NCBI GenBank assembly: GCA_964019335.1
Contig: OZ025651.1
Span: 558,001-622,000 of the forward strand
Reading direction: 5' to 3'
Length of the DNA stretch: 64,000 bases
From: Diplonema japonicum
Lineage: Eukaryota > Protista > Euglenozoa: Diplonemea
Shown piece after piece: positions 1 to 12,265 of the stretch; positions within the stretch are counted from its first letter, which is position 1; each line of letters opens with the position of its first letter. The translations under genes were made by a program, and so were the position numbers. The notes below the pieces were generated by a model that did no database searches, was not told where the DNA came from, and saw only the letters and a program-made list of their open reading frames with translations.

Positions 1-2311
1 GGTCCACATCATCGCCCTCACCCTCTCCGTACTGCAGTAAGTCTTCTCCTTGCATGTCCCGTGAAGGCGCTTGCAACAACGGCAGCTGGTGTTCCTTCCC
101 CAAGCTCTGGTAGTTGGTAGTAGGGTTGTCTGCGTGGAGCAGCGATTTTGTGTCAGGCTTCTGCAGCAGACCCTCTTTCCCCCGCAGCTCTCCGGCTGAG
201 GGCGGTATCTTGTACGCAACAAAGTAGCACGCCAGCGCATGCAGCACCTCCTCCCGCACCAGCGGCGATGGGTCATCTGCTACCTGCAGAAAGTAGCCCA
301 GGATTGTTACGTCTGTGTACAGGTACGACGAGTGCTTCTTCGTAGCACCAAGACCCACCAGCTGCGACAGGCAGTAGCATGCTGCGGCCCTCACCTGCTG
401 CGAGGCGTCTGAGAGGAGCGGTTTGAGCACATTGATGTGTACCTCCCTCCCTATGAGGCAGTGCTCCATGGCGACAGGGATATCTTTCACCAGCTTCGCG
501 AGGCATATGCAGGACCAGGCCTGGAGCTGTGCGTTCGATGAAGTCAAGCACTCAAGTAGTGGGGGTAGTACACCCCAGTTCCAGAAGTGAACCTGTGCCT
601 CATGTTTGCACCCCACCATGAGCACGCTCAGGATGAAACACACCATCGACTTGCACTGCTCGATCTTTGTCCCGTCCATGAAGGGCTGTGGCTCACAACC
701 CTTCTCGATGTTGGTAACAGGCTCGATGCCAGGTTCAGTCGTGCAGTCAAGAGCGGGACACAGCACTCTGAGGAACTTCCTCGCAGGCGGCGTCTGCGGG
801 CGAATGAGGTCGAACAGCGTCAGCTCCGACGGGTCGACGATGAGGATCTTGGTCCAGATGACGACCATGTAGTTGACGAGGTCCGTCTGGTGCAGCAGCC
901 TGCACAAGTACGGCATCACACCGCAGCTGAGGGCGTCGAGGACAGCCCAGGAGCCGAGGTCGAGGTACCGTGCGAGGAGGCGAAGGGACCTGACGCGGTA
1001 CTGGTGGGAAGAGAGGCCTTGGATGATGCATGGGAGCTGGTCGGGCGTGGGGCTGGCTTTGCACCCAAACTCGATCCATATTTCGAAGGCTGTGAGCTGT
1101 TCCGAGAAGAAGGTGGCAGGTTTGTAGCTGTAGGCAAGGTTGACAGTGAGGTCGGGGTTGAGCATTTTGGGGAGTTGTGAGAGGATGCCCTCGAGAGCGA
1201 GCTCCCAGGACTCCCACATGGGGTGGGTGTGGGTTTCGGGCAGCGGGGGGTGAGTGAGGGGAGTGCAACCGGTCTCACGCATGATGCGGTCTGCAAGGAG
1301 GAAGTTCCTGAACAAAGCAACGAGCAGCATGTCGTTCCGGGGACGGAACAGCCGGTGGAACAAGTCGCGGGGGAGGGTGCACCATGCGATGGCGTCAGTG
1401 ACGGCAGTGAAGATCCAGTTCAGCTCCCCAAGAGGCGTCTTACGGTCTGCAGCGACCCCAGGCACCGCTTGGATCATCTCCTTCGTGACGTTCGGGAGCA
1501 AACACTCCCTTTGAGAGTAATGGTAGTACCATTCAAGAGAAGCTCTGATAGGTGTGGTGAGACAGCTGGTGAGGAGGTCGGCAGGGAGCACAGGGTTAAG
1601 TGGGAGGTCTTCATGTCTCCTACATGCGCAGATTAGAATGTCTTTCTTCCGTGATTGATGGAAGTTGTGTTTGTACCAGTAGTGAAGAATCGCCCCTGCG
1701 TTGCTGCAGTCCAACACGTAAATGGCAGGCGACCCGACGCAGCCCATGATGTCGGTGATGGTGATGGGGATGTACTTTGTGTGGTCGGGGTCGAAGAACC
1801 ACAGTTCCCCGAATTGGGTGACGCGAGGCACCCCGTGGCCGTTGTAGTGGATGAGCACCCTGCTGTCTTTTGCCTTTTTGCGGATCGCCTGCAGATTGTA
1901 CTTCAGATCTTCTACAGATAGCTCGAGGCCCGGTTTGCAGATCACGTTTCTCTGAAGAGATTTATACTGCTCGCTTAGAAGCTCACCAATCACCTCGGAT
2001 CCCTTTGTGAGCATTTTCGACTGTGCAAGGAGCGGGTCTGTCCAACATTCCAGCTTTGCGCAGGGCTCCACCCTGAGGACGTCTGGGGGGTCAATGCCTA
2101 CATTCAGGCACATCAACAATAGAACATGTGTCGTTTTGGTTCTGTCTTTCCCACACCGCCAGTCCTGCACAGCCTTCTTCAGCCCTGTTTCTGTATCATT
2201 CCCCAACCCCCAGGTCTCTGGTTTCTTAAACAGTTGAAACAGAGCCATCTCTCTCGAGACTCTGCTCTCTCCCGCGTCATGCCCTTGTCCTGATCTGGAG
2301 TGGGACTTCAT
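1..2311 (-). CDS. RPTOR: Raptor (regulatory-associated protein of TOR), 5' part; ORF continues past the left edge
   Basis: Manual translation from ATG 2311 gives WRCGKDRTKTTHVLLLMCLNVGIDPPDV...CAKLECWTDP, WFFDPDHTKYIPI...SPAIYVLDCSNAG, LPADLLTSCLTTPI, RKTPLGELNWIFTAVTDAIAW and FFSEQLTAFEIW (Raptor N-terminal conserved domain), then HEAT-like repeats. No stop in the segments translated, which would explain its absence from the ORF track. Confidence 0.95.
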   Translation of the reverse strand, partial: MKSHSRSGQGHDAGESRVSREMALFQLFKKPETWGLGNDTETGLKKAVQDWRCGKDRTKTTHVLLLMCLNVGIDPPDVLRVEPCAKLECWTDPLLAQSKMLTKGSEVIGELLSEQYKSLQRNVICKPGLELSVEDLKYNLQAIRKKAKDSRVLIHYNGHGVPRVTQFGELWFFDPDHTKYIPITITDIMGCVGSPAIYVLDCSNAGAILHYWYKHNFHQSRKKDILICACRRHEDLPLNPVLPADLLTSCLTTPIRASLEWYYHYSQRECLLPNVTKEMIQAVPGVAADRKTPLGELNWIFTAVTDAIAWCTLPRDLFHRLFRPRNDMLLVALFRNFLLADRIMRETGCTPLTHPPLPETHTHPMWESWELALEGILSQLPKMLNPDLTVNLAYSYKPATFFSEQLTAFEIWIEFGCKASPTPDQLPCIIQGLSSHQYRVRSLRLLARYLDLGSWAVLDALSCGVMPYLCRLLHQTDLVNYMVVIWTKILIVDPSELTLFDLIRPQTPPARKFLRVLCPALDCTTEPGIEPVTNIEKGCEPQPFMDGTKIEQCKSMVCFILSVLMVGCKHEAQVHFWNWGVLPPLLECLTSSNAQLQAWSCICLAKLVKDIPVAMEHCLIGREVHINVLKPLLSDASQQVRAAACYCLSQLVGLGATKKHSSYLYTDVTILGYFLQVADDPSPLVREEVLHALACYFVAYKIPPSAGELRGKEGLLQKPDTKSLLHADNPTTNYQSLGKEHQLPLLQAPSRDMQGEDLLQYGEGEGDDVD

Positions 2312-2474
2312 CTTAATCCTTTTTTTTCTTTTTTTTTTTCGTGAGCGTGTGTGTATTGCCCTGTTCCCTTCCCAGCAGGAGCTGAAGAGGGTTCTTTTTT
2401 CTTTCTTTCTCTCATGTTGGTTAAAGAGAGAATGAAAAAAAAAAATAAAGCGTAAAGGGACAAATATAAATAAA

Positions 2475-2674
2475 NNNNNNNNNNNNNNNNNNNNNNNNNN
2501 NNNNNNNNNNNNNNNNNNNNNNNNNNNNNNNNNNNNNNNNNNNNNNNNNNNNNNNNNNNNNNNNNNNNNNNNNNNNNNNNNNNNNNNNNNNNNNNNNNNN
2601 NNNNNNNNNNNNNNNNNNNNNNNNNNNNNNNNNNNNNNNNNNNNNNNNNNNNNNNNNNNNNNNNNNNNNNNNNN
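2475..2674. other. Assembly gap (200 N)
   Basis: Run of N. Confidence 1.
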
Positions 2675-2929
2675 TTTTGTTTGTTCCACTCCCGTCGAAT
2701 GAAATAAAAAAAAAGAAATTTGGGAAAATGTAGTTACTGATTTTTTTTTTTTTTTTTTTTTGAAAAGGGAGCAAAAGTAAAAAAAAAAAATATATATATA
2801 TATATAAACAGATCCCCCTTTTTGACCCGCCTGCGGGAGTTCCTGGGAGGCACGACGCCGAGCCTCCCCCGGAAAAAAAAAAACTATTCTTTTAAGGTAT
2901 GCGTTTTTGCGCTCACCGGCCGAGCTGCG

Positions 2930-2973
<44 letters not shown>

Positions 2974-3118
2974 TTTCACACGAAAAAAAAAAGGGAGGGG
3001 TGACGGAGAGAAAACGAAAACAACGGCTGTGTAAGGTGCTTTAATGGAGTTGACAAAAAAAAAGAGCATTGTTCTTTTTCTTCTTTCTTTATTATTTTTT
3101 TTTTCTGCCACTTTACCA

Positions 3119-6100
3119 TCACTCGGTGGACAGCGACCCCCGTGACAGCTTATCAAGAGGGTTCACCGAACTTGTCGTAATATTGGAGTCCCGGACACGG
3201 GTAGCACTCGCTGTCTTATTTACTGGTCTCGTACGCTTTTTAGCAGAGGCATTGGAAGAATTTGACTCTTTCCGGGTGGCGTTTTCCAAGTCAGGATCTC
3301 CGACCAACAGCTTCAGAATCTGATGGAGAAGTTGATTGTGGTTGTTGAGCGTTGCTTCTATGCTTGAAAACTGTTCTGTAATCGTATCCATTTCGTTTGA
3401 CAACCGTTTGTCCTTGTTTGTTTGTTTGTTTATTTATTTACTGTAAAACGAATAATATCTCGGACGGGAAAACTCCCAAAAAAACCCTGGACACTTTTCC
3501 GTCCGGGAGTTTTTCTGGGAAGAATTTTTGGAAGGGCTTTATTCCCTGTGCAGACTTGTATGCAGAGCCAAAATGTTTACCCTGCGTGGCAGTTTGAATC
3601 CCCCCCCCTTTCAATGCACCAACAGGATCTTTAACTTCTCATAAACCCGTACTTCTTTCGTCAAATTGACCAGTTCGACTACCCAAGGCACGTTAAGCAG
3701 CTGGCTTGTGAGGCGCCCAACTTTGGTTGCTGACACCCCCGGCCAGCTCACCTCCGAAAGCAGCTCCAGCCCCGAAGGATGCTAAAGCCCGTATTGGGCG
3801 ATACGCTGTATCTGGGTTGGATGGAGCGTTTCTTCCTTTTTTTTTTTTTTTGCAATAAAATCATCGATTCTCATGGCTCTGCCCCGAACGAGCCGATTCT
3901 GCTTGGCGACTACAACTCTCATACGACCTATGGGTTCGTAGAGTTGTTCAAACGCACAAACGTGCACATAGCTTTTGTCCCCCTGGGCTCACCTACATCG
4001 TTACCGATGGATATTGGGTTGACGCAGCTGTAAAAGCATTTATTAAGAAAGTTATAAATAGTGGGCCACACACGAAGGCTCGAGAAGCTGATTGCCTCAG
4101 GGGCGGACAAAGATGCAGAAAGGGAACCCAGATACCCAGTGGTTCGGTGGGGGTTTCTTCGCGCGGTTGCCGTTTGCAGCCCAGGCCAGTATGTCGGTGG
4201 TAGTGGACCAGGCATTACAAAAAGAATTCCCGGACATTTTCCGCTCCGGGGTTTTTCGTTTTACAGTATTTTTTTTTCTTCTTTTTTTTTTTTTTTTTTT
4301 GGTTGTCCATACCTTGGGCATTCGCATCCTCTTCACATTACCGAAATCAAACGATGATGAAGGCATCCTCGAGGCAACCACAGCAGATGGTTGGGAGCAC
4401 ACGCTGCTTCTTCTTGATATAAAAGTATCGTCAGGTTCATTATCTGTGAAGCAACCGGCATCTTCCATCTCAGCCTGATCAGTGAGCAGCTTCTCAGCGT
4501 CTATAATCTTCTGAACTTCCTCTTGAAACCCAGGGAAGTCTGATAGAACCTTTTTGAAGCTCGTCCTCGACAACTGGTACAACTCCGCAAAAGTGAGCGT
4601 TTTAACCGAAAAATCGAACTTCCCACCGATGAGAAGCTCCTTCTCCCCGAAATAATCACCTTTTTGAATCGTGATCTGGTACCCTTCTGTAGGCCGAACG
4701 ATATCGCAATAACCGTGCGCTAACAGATATAAAAACCCCGCGTTTTGCCCGGAAACAATGACGAACTCATCAGGAGCGTACATTTCGGACTGCAGGAGGG
4801 AGGCGATTTCAATTCGGCACTCTTGCGTGGCGAAGGTAAAGATCCCCACGGGTGCAAGGCATTTCAACTTGAGGTGCAGGTCGAGGTTCGACCGCATCTG
4901 CGTCGGCAGGGAGTCGAAGAGGTAATCGAACGCTTGTATGTCGTTCTCAAAATTGTGCGCCAAAAATGACAGAATATCCTCCTGAAGCTCCCCCGGAACC
5001 TGCAGGAACTGCAGCACGTCCAATGTCATCCTCAGCCTGGAATGCCCCGACGTCGCCACGTTCGGCCGTAAAAGTTCCCCCGTCAACCGACCGATTAAAA
5101 CAGCATTGAGAACCGCCCCCAACGCAATAACAAAGCTTGCATAGTAATGCTGCCCCTTTGTTTTGATAGTGATATCCCCGTACCCTGTCGTTGCCAAGGT
5201 GTACAGAACCCAGTATACCCCAATATGGTACTTGTTAAGGCTTTCATCGTCCTTTGTTTCATCATTCGATAGGACGACGATGAGCCACATGGACGCCAGC
5301 CAGTGTATGACAACCGCGACCCAAAACCACATCCTCACCATTGGAAGAAAGTCGAAATGGAACCGGATGAAGATTCTCGATACCCGCATAGAGGACACCT
5401 TCTGCCCGCCCCACAGCTTCGTAACCGTCAAGAGACGGAGAAGCTTCAAATGACTCGCTACTTTGCTTGCGGTGGACAAACCACCAGCACGGAGGAGAAT
5501 GTCAACCGGAATAGTACTCATGATGTCTGTTGGGAAGCGGTCCGACGTCACGTAAGCCCGTAACAAGCTTGCAGATGTAACAGCTTTGTTCCGCATTTTC
5601 GAAGTCTCGTCGAATGTAAGTGTTCTTGACCATATCACCATGTCCGCAAGTAAGACCGCGGTGCAGATATAATCAGTGAAGAGAAGGTTTTTCTCTTCCT
5701 CGTACAGATCCCACACCCATGTGATGGGGCTTGACACAACGCAGTAGTAAAAAGTGACGCACAGAATTATGGAGTCCCACACCCAACGCCAGCGGGTATC
5801 GGAGAATGTGGTGAACGGTGGCAGGAAGGAGTGCATCGCACGTTCCATGTGTTCGGCTCGATCGACGGTCGCCATCAAGTCGAAGTCTCCCTTCGCGATT
5901 TTGAACTTTCGCATTAATGTCAAGAACTCGTCCTTGTCCAGTTCTTTTGAACCATCTATGTCAACCTCTTTGACAAGTTCTTCCAGTTCTTCCTTTGTCA
6001 TCGTGAAGCCGAGCCCGACCATCAGGTTGCCTATTTCATGGATGTCGATGGCGCCTGACTGGTCCGTGTCGAAGATTTCAAACATTTTGTTGAAGTTTTG

Positions 6101-6421
6101 AATTTCAACAGAAGTGAGCTCGACGGTGGGGTTAGGGGGTTGTTGGACGTGAAGCTGCACCTCGGACTGTCGTGAGACATGGCCGAGGGTCGCCTTGATA
6201 TCTTGCACGCAGCTCGTGTTGTTGTTATTTCTCGTAAAAAACGATGGTGTGTGTGCGAGCATTTTTGGGGAGCTGGATGAGGACGTCACGCTACCTATCC
6301 GCCCCCTGTACCCCTCCGTCCGTCGGGACAGCGCCGGGGAGGGCGGGACAATGGGCCTTGGAAACGACGGTTCCTCCGCCAGTGACATCCTGCTAGCTTT
6401 CGTGTTTCGAAAGTACTCCAT
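3119..6421 (-). CDS. EF-hand-containing cyclic-nucleotide-binding-domain cation/K+ channel (KCNH/HCN-like), about 800 aa; exons 6421-4313 and 3412-3119
   Basis: Two EF hands (DTDQSGAIDIHE, DIDGSKELDKDE), six TM segments, pore TLATTGYGD, C-linker and CNBD (KGDYFGE). Splicing AAG|GTATGG to ACAAG|GAC joins in frame to a coiled-coil-like tail (ORF 3119..3403). ATG 6421 preferred over the low-complexity upstream extension. Confidence 0.88.
3413..4312 (-). other. GT-AG intron, 900 nt (about 72 nt without the transposon inside it)
   Basis: GTATGG donor; acceptor AAACAAACAAG; phase 0; restores an in-frame terminal exon. Confidence 0.75.
3441..4266 (+). mobile_element. Decayed pogo-like (Tc1/mariner superfamily) DNA transposon inside the intron
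   Basis: TA flanks at 3439-40 and 4267-68; 12-bp TIR CTGTAAAACGAA; shared subterminal motif GGACA..TTTTCCG.TCCGGG; DDE_1-like remnant PILLGDYNSHTTYGFVELFKRTNVHIAFVPLGSPTSLPMDIG followed by a stop. Confidence 0.8.
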
Positions 6422-6773
6422 TTTTATCCATGAATTCAATACTTCACCCCCCCTCCCCCCCGCACCCCACCCCTTTTTTGTTTGTTTTCCCCGGAGTAAA
6501 CAAAAAAAAAGAGAAAACATAAAAAGGGCGCTCATGTATTTAAAACGGTGGAGAGACCATGGGTGAGAAGGGGTAACGAAAAAGAATGAGAGTATAGAAG
6601 AAAAAAAAAAAATAAAAAAGAAAATAAAAAAAAAAAAGCGAGGGTCGTGACTTGGGCGGTGGTCGAGGTGGTGGAAGCCAGAGAGTAGCATGCAAACCCA
6701 TCTCCTGTTGTCCCCTCATTCCTCTGCTTGTCTTATTTATTTATTATTATTAATTATTTTTTTTCGGGAATAT

Positions 6774-7042
6774 TTCACTTTACCCAAGAGAAAGTCGAAA
6801 ATTCACTTAATGCCAAAAATGGATTTTTTGGGGTATTTTCTGGTTCGGGGCCCTGAGATAACGACTATTCACTGCCTCCCTGGCGAACACTGCTGGCTTG
6901 CATTCTGCCCTGGTGGTGGTTGCTCTTGCGTGAGGAAAGAAAAAGCTAAGAAGGAAGACAGCCTCATTCGAAAGCAGCCCCCAGACCCCAATAACAAGTT
7001 TGGGTACACAGTGAATTTCGGCACTCGTCTTGAGTATTAAGA
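6774..7042. mobile_element. Unclassified MITE-like element with long imperfect TIRs, copy 1
   Basis: Left end TTCACTTTACCCAAGAGAAAGTCGAAAATTCACTTAATGCCAAAA is an inverted match to its own right end and to 16810-16857. Internal TGGCTTGCATTCTGCCC..GGTGGTTGC..TTG.GTGAGGAAAG is shared with 16681-16723. Confidence 0.65.
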
Positions 7043-7616
7043 ATTAGTTACCTCTTTTTTTTCTTTTTTTTTATTTTCTTTTTTGATTTTTTTTTTTTTG
7101 CCCATCATCACGTAACAAGTAGGGGAGTAGATATATTTTTGAAAGGGACATTTTTTTTTCTTTTTCGCTTTTTTTTTTTCGGTTCTGTTGCACCGGGAGA
7201 ATAAAAAAATGGTGTGTTTGTTTCTTTCATTTTCTTTCTTTCTTTTTTTTTTTTTGGTTTTCTTCTACAGGTTTTTTCTTCTCATTTTTTTTTTTTTTTT
7301 TTTGCTTTGGTAGTGTCCTCTTCGCTCGGATAATGTGGATCACATTATCATTCTTTTTTTTTTTTTTTTTTTTTTTTTTTTGCAGTATTGACAGGGACTT
7401 TATTTTCCTCTTAAGTTCCCTTAAATTGGTCAGAGCTACTGAACTCACATGTTTGGACCCCAACAAAAAAGCTGGGGTCCCTTTTTTTTTTCTTCTTCTT
7501 TTTCTTTCTCTTCTTCTTTGCCAATCACTGGTTGGTTGTTGAGATTGTAAAGGGTGGGTTCACCCAGTTTTGCTTATTACCGAAATCTTATCCGTATCTT
7601 CTAATGATCGCTAAAT

Positions 7617-7653
<37 letters not shown>

Positions 7654-7718
7654 AAAGAGCCTCTTATCGGCAACATAAACGAAAAAAAGAAAAGAAATCA
7701 CGAGTTCCACAGTCAAAA

Positions 7719-7751
<33 letters not shown>

Positions 7752-8815
7752 AATAAGAAAAAAAAGAATAAGAGGTAGCATTGGTGGAATATAACATTCT
7801 ACAAATTAATTCCTGTCTGTGCACAAAGCAACAATCAAACCGACTCTGTTTCCCCCTCCTTTTTTTTTTCCCCTGAGGAAATGTTCACCTGGGTCGATTT
7901 CTTAGTTTCACAGTGCTTTTCTTTTTTTCTTTTTTCTTTTTAACGCAACGAAAAGTTTCTATCATATTCTTTGAAGATTCTCCAGGAGGAAGGGTAAAGA
8001 GGGTGGTGCTTTGAAAATGTAAAGAGAGAATAAAGTGATGAGGGGAGAAGGATTAGCTACAACCCACAGAGAAAGAAAAAAAAAAATTGGATTGGAGGAA
8101 TAGCGATGTAGCCACTTTTTTTTTTTTTTTTTTTCCATCCCTCCGAAAAGAATAAAATCCCAGAATTAACTGTCTTTTATTTTTTTTTTTCCCTTTGAAT
8201 CAAAAGTATAAAACATACATCAAAAAAAAAAGAATAAAAATATTTTGCTCTGGACCTTCTTCTTGCTTCTGCACCATTTTGTCCAAGTCTCGTTTTGTCC
8301 ACTGCTGAAACCCTTTCCCCCCCCCCTTATTCTTACCCCCCCCCCCCCCCCCAATCCCGAAGTTTTTCTTTTTTTTCTTTTTTTTTTGTTCTGCTTCTTC
8401 CTCCAACCCAAGGAAGAGAAGAGTACCGAGACGGGAGAAACAGGGAATGAAAGGGGGGAGGGAAAGGGGAGAAGTGTTAGCAAAACGCCCCCCCCCCCCC
8501 CCCCCCAACACCCCAATGAATAGTTCACCCCCCCCCCAAAAAAAAACAGAAGGTTTCGCAAAAAAAAAGGGAGGGAAAACAAAAGCCCGCTCCCCCCTAT
8601 TATGTTTTTTTTTTTTTCTTTCTTTCTTTTCTCTCTCTTTTTTTTTTTTTTTTTTTTTTTTTAAAGTCAGGCTGAGGGTGCGGGAGGTAACCCCCCCCGT
8701 CAGAAAAAAAAAGGGAAAGAACATATATCTGGAAGAAATGATAAAAAATGTGAGGGGGAGGAAATAGGGGGGAAAAAAACCAAAAAAAACTTTTTTTTTT
8801 CTCTTCTCTTCCAAT

Positions 8816-10951
8816 CTAATTCAACTGCTTGATAAGATGGGGTGCTTCAGATTCAGATTCAGGCCCAGAGTGGAATGTAGGGGGCGAAGGGCTTGGCGAT
8901 GCAGAATTGCTAATAGCAATAAGAGACACCAGTCCCCGACCAGAGCCTCGGGTGGACTCTCTGCGGGGACGAGGGGGTGTGACTGGGCTCTTGCAATTTG
9001 TGGGACTCCTACAGCTAGCCGGGCTTTTAATCCCATTTTCATCTGGTTGCTGCTGCATCATCATCATCAAGGGTTGAAGCGATCTCCTTCTTTTTACAGG
9101 CACAACTGGCGGGGCAACCGACGGAACAATACTATTGTCACTCCCAGCCTCACTCAGCACGCCAGGAGACGAGCAGAGCAGCAAATTGTCACCTTGTTTA
9201 ACTGTAACTTCCAGGTCGGTCATTTCCTTGTAATCACTATAAATATCGGGTTGCGAGCCAAGTTGATACGCCATATCTTCCTTCTCGGAGGCTATTTCCT
9301 GCTCCATTGGACGTGTTTTGTTTTGTCTCTTCTTCTTCTCGGCTCTGTATAAACAATCCTGTGCCCTGTCCCACAGCCACACAAAAACATCGAGCAACGA
9401 CTTCAGCACCAACAGGCCCGTTGCAGTGAGCAGCAACCATCTAGATATTATCGATGCTGTTTCTGTGCTCTCTTCCTTGACTATGGACACCAAGGCTGCG
9501 ATAAGCCCCATGACTTGTAAAGCAGTGACTGCTATAATATGCCAATGGTCGAACCTTGCAAGGAACGGGTCAAGGTACACCACCGCGCCGATGAACATGA
9601 CCTCGCACAGTCCCATGGCGATCGCTTGGATGGCGCACTGCGTCTTGTCTGATGGGACGATTGCGGAGACGGCCGAGATGACCACCAGCACTACAATGTC
9701 CACCATGATGAACCACTTGTACTCGTACTTGAAGTCCTTGAAGACTAATGAGAACCGTCGCTCGAACCTGTTGCCGTCCTGGTGCTTGCTGCTCCACGTC
9801 TTGTCTCCAAAAAAGAACGTCGACACCTTCCCCGCAGTCACATCATGCACCAAGGTGCACGGGAAGCCTTGCGGCCTCACCTTCGTCCACACATAATATG
9901 TCAGGACGAGCAGCACTGTCAGCGCGCCTATCGCCAGCGAGATGTCGACAGGTGTGTGCACGTAGTACATCAGAGTGAGGGCAGGTGTCGAGATGGGCTG
10001 GAACAGGATAAGGAACGGGAACACCGAGAAGCTCGGGAAACGCACGACCGCTAGGCTGTGATCGAAACCCTTCTTCACACCCCGCAACGTGAGGAACCCC
10101 CAGTGCGCCAGGGACACTAAGAAGTGAGCCGTCAGGATCCCTATCACCATTAAGACGTTGCCGAGCATCATCTCTCTTCTGCGTGCCATCATCTGGCTGC
10201 CTGACACGTTCTTCCCTCGCCTGCCCAGCCCGGTGGGCGAATCCAGAAAGTCCATGTCCTGAGAATCGGTGTCGGGAGGGCACCGGGCGAGCTTCATGAA
10301 ACTTTTCAACTTCGCACCTTGTGTCGAAGAAAGCGCGCTTGCACTTGCGATAGAAGCAGCGGTGTTTGCGGTGGAGAGCCCGGTCACAGCAGGGTCGACC
10401 TTCACTGGGGACGGTGGGGGGGCAGTCGTAGCTGCGAGGGTGGGTGCAGGGGTGGGGAGGGGTGTGGGGACAGGCGTAGGGATAGGGGTTGGAGACGCTG
10501 TGGGAACAGGTGTCGGGAGAGGTGTCGGGAGAGGTGTCGGGACTGGTGTTGGCCCAGGTGTGGGTACAGGTGTAGGTACGGGCGTCGGAACAGGGGTTGG
10601 AGCAGGTGTGGGCAGCTCCCCTGCCATACGAAGCCAGCATCCATTGGGGTTACCCGCCCCTAACGATGCAGACAGCACCTCAGCTTGCGTAGTCTTTATA
10701 TCTAATGCAGGCTTTGCATTTTGTATTGCCAGGCACATGCTCTCGCAGTCGGTTTTCGAAACTGGGTCGGTGTACCCTACAGTCGCACATGTCGATCCTG
10801 TCACCATCTGGATTGCAGAAGCAGACGTCCCTTGGCACAGCAGAGATGCCCCTGGCTTTACTGGGTCGCCATTCTCGTTCCAGTAGAGGACTGCGGGCAC
10901 AGCACCACTGCCCACCACGTTCAGCATCGCAACGAATAAAAGTAGGATCAT
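8816..10951 (-). CDS. Multi-pass membrane protein with signal peptide, small Cys-containing ectodomain and Pro-Thr stalk
   Basis: 711-aa ORF; hydrophobic N-terminus; (PTPV)n repeats; about 8-9 hydrophobic segments; low-complexity tail. Confidence 0.85.
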   Translation of the reverse strand: MILLLFVAMLNVVGSGAVPAVLYWNENGDPVKPGASLLCQGTSASAIQMVTGSTCATVGYTDPVSKTDCESMCLAIQNAKPALDIKTTQAEVLSASLGAGNPNGCWLRMAGELPTPAPTPVPTPVPTPVPTPGPTPVPTPLPTPLPTPVPTASPTPIPTPVPTPLPTPAPTLAATTAPPPSPVKVDPAVTGLSTANTAASIASASALSSTQGAKLKSFMKLARCPPDTDSQDMDFLDSPTGLGRRGKNVSGSQMMARRREMMLGNVLMVIGILTAHFLVSLAHWGFLTLRGVKKGFDHSLAVVRFPSFSVFPFLILFQPISTPALTLMYYVHTPVDISLAIGALTVLLVLTYYVWTKVRPQGFPCTLVHDVTAGKVSTFFFGDKTWSSKHQDGNRFERRFSLVFKDFKYEYKWFIMVDIVVLVVISAVSAIVPSDKTQCAIQAIAMGLCEVMFIGAVVYLDPFLARFDHWHIIAVTALQVMGLIAALVSIVKEESTETASIISRWLLLTATGLLVLKSLLDVFVWLWDRAQDCLYRAEKKKRQNKTRPMEQEIASEKEDMAYQLGSQPDIYSDYKEMTDLEVTVKQGDNLLLCSSPGVLSEAGSDNSIVPSVAPPVVPVKRRRSLQPLMMMMQQQPDENGIKSPASCRSPTNCKSPVTPPRPRRESTRGSGRGLVSLIAISNSASPSPSPPTFHSGPESESEAPHLIKQLN
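10430..10615 (-). repeat. Coding 12-bp tandem repeat (PTPX units)
   Basis: [32 protein letters not shown]... Confidence 0.9.
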
Positions 10952-11332
10952 CGCGACAATCGTTTAAGAGAGGGGTGACAAATAAAATGAAGGGTTCGTG
11001 GAATTAAATAGGTTTTCGTTTTTTTATTTTGTTCTCTTTTTTTGCGGTGGAGGGAGAAAACGAAAGAGGAAGACGAAAAAAGAGAAGGGGGGGAAAAAAA
11101 AGGAAGGAAAGAAAGAAAGAAGTAATAACAAATCTCTTTCAGTACATTTCTTTTCCTTCTTTGCCCCTTTTTTCTTCTTCTTTTTTTTTTTTCCCCTTGT
11201 TGTATTCTTCAACACGATCCCTTTTCCCGCCTGTGATTGTGTGTATTCTATGTTGTCAAAAATCTCAACTAAATATAAAAAAAACACTTTCTTTTATTAT
11301 TTTTTCCTATTTTTTTTTTTCCCCTCCTCTTT

Positions 11333-12265
11333 TTACTGCCTCTCAGCTTTGGTTTGCCTCAACTCCCAAACAATGCCCAACAAAGCTGTGGCAAGGATGG
11401 GGAAGAACAGAGGAAGGTAAATAGCCAGAAGATGGTCAGGTGGGAAGTAGTGCGCGGTGATCATAGCAGGGTCACGGTAAGCTGCTGTTGTATACTCAAG
11501 AGACGCTACCGGCTCGGCGGAGAAAAGTTCCAAGGACTTTGAAATATAACCGGCAACATGCTCCGGTAGGGGTAGAGACGGGAGCTCAGCGAGAGAAGCA
11601 AAAATTTTGTCATAGTACGAGCATATTCTCCCCGAAAGCGGCGCAGGGTTTTCCTGAAGAATCTCGGAGTTTATAAAACTCGTGAAGAATTTTTCAGCAC
11701 TTCGGATATCGATTTTTTTCGCTTCTTTTTCTTCCGACAGGACACATGCAACTCCCCATTTCTTCTTCTGGTAACATGTTGTGGTTGCGTTACCGGTTTC
11801 CGCCTCCTCCAGATACACAATGAACTGAACCTCCTTTCTATAAGGGTTTCCATCTGAAAAACTGTCCAGTTTCATATTTTCCGTTACTAATTTCTTACCT
11901 TGAATTGGGTTTTCATGGTGGTAATGTGCTTGGACGTCCATCGTGATGGAGATCTTGGCAGGGTTTGCGATGGATGTTCCTTCCATTTCTAAAATGTCAA
12001 GTATGTTGTTGCCCCGTGAGCTGCCTCCCCCAGTACCGGTCAGGATATGGTAGGAAAGGTGGAGCTCTGAAATGTGTTCTTCCCAATGACGATCCACTCC
12101 CTTGCAAATCCCCGAGGCCTTGTCTAAGATCTCGGGTTGCCGTTGATCCCTATCTCCACGAGGGACTGCCCACCAGATGCATATACACACAAAGGCGAAA
12201 ATTACGTACATGAGAAGGCATTTTCGGCTGACCTGTCTCATCTGAGCAGTGCGTGCCGTAACCAT
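11333..12265 (-). CDS. GPI transamidase subunit PIG-S/Gpi17-like (short, about 310 aa)
   Basis: N-terminal TM and C-terminal AYRDPAMITAHYFPPDHLLAIYLPLFFPIL plus TM resemble the PIG-S signature (YFP-D---AIY-PLF-P). ATG 12265 chosen. Confidence 0.7.
   Translation of the reverse strand: MVTARTAQMRQVSRKCLLMYVIFAFVCICIWWAVPRGDRDQRQPEILDKASGICKGVDRHWEEHISELHLSYHILTGTGGGSSRGNNILDILEMEGTSIANPAKISITMDVQAHYHHENPIQGKKLVTENMKLDSFSDGNPYRKEVQFIVYLEEAETGNATTTCYQKKKWGVACVLSEEKEAKKIDIRSAEKFFTSFINSEILQENPAPLSGRICSYYDKIFASLAELPSLPLPEHVAGYISKSLELFSAEPVASLEYTTAAYRDPAMITAHYFPPDHLLAIYLPLFFPILATALLGIVWELRQTKAERQ

Noticed and set aside
1-2311. Many short overlapping ORFs suggesting a pseudogene or retroelement
   Set aside because: They are shadows of a single minus-strand Raptor ORF that runs off the window; a suspected frameshift near 1695 disappeared on recounting
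7050-8815. Poly-Lys/Phe/Gly ORFs such as 8200..8814, and similar ones throughout
   Set aside because: Translations of homopolymer spacers with no protein-like content
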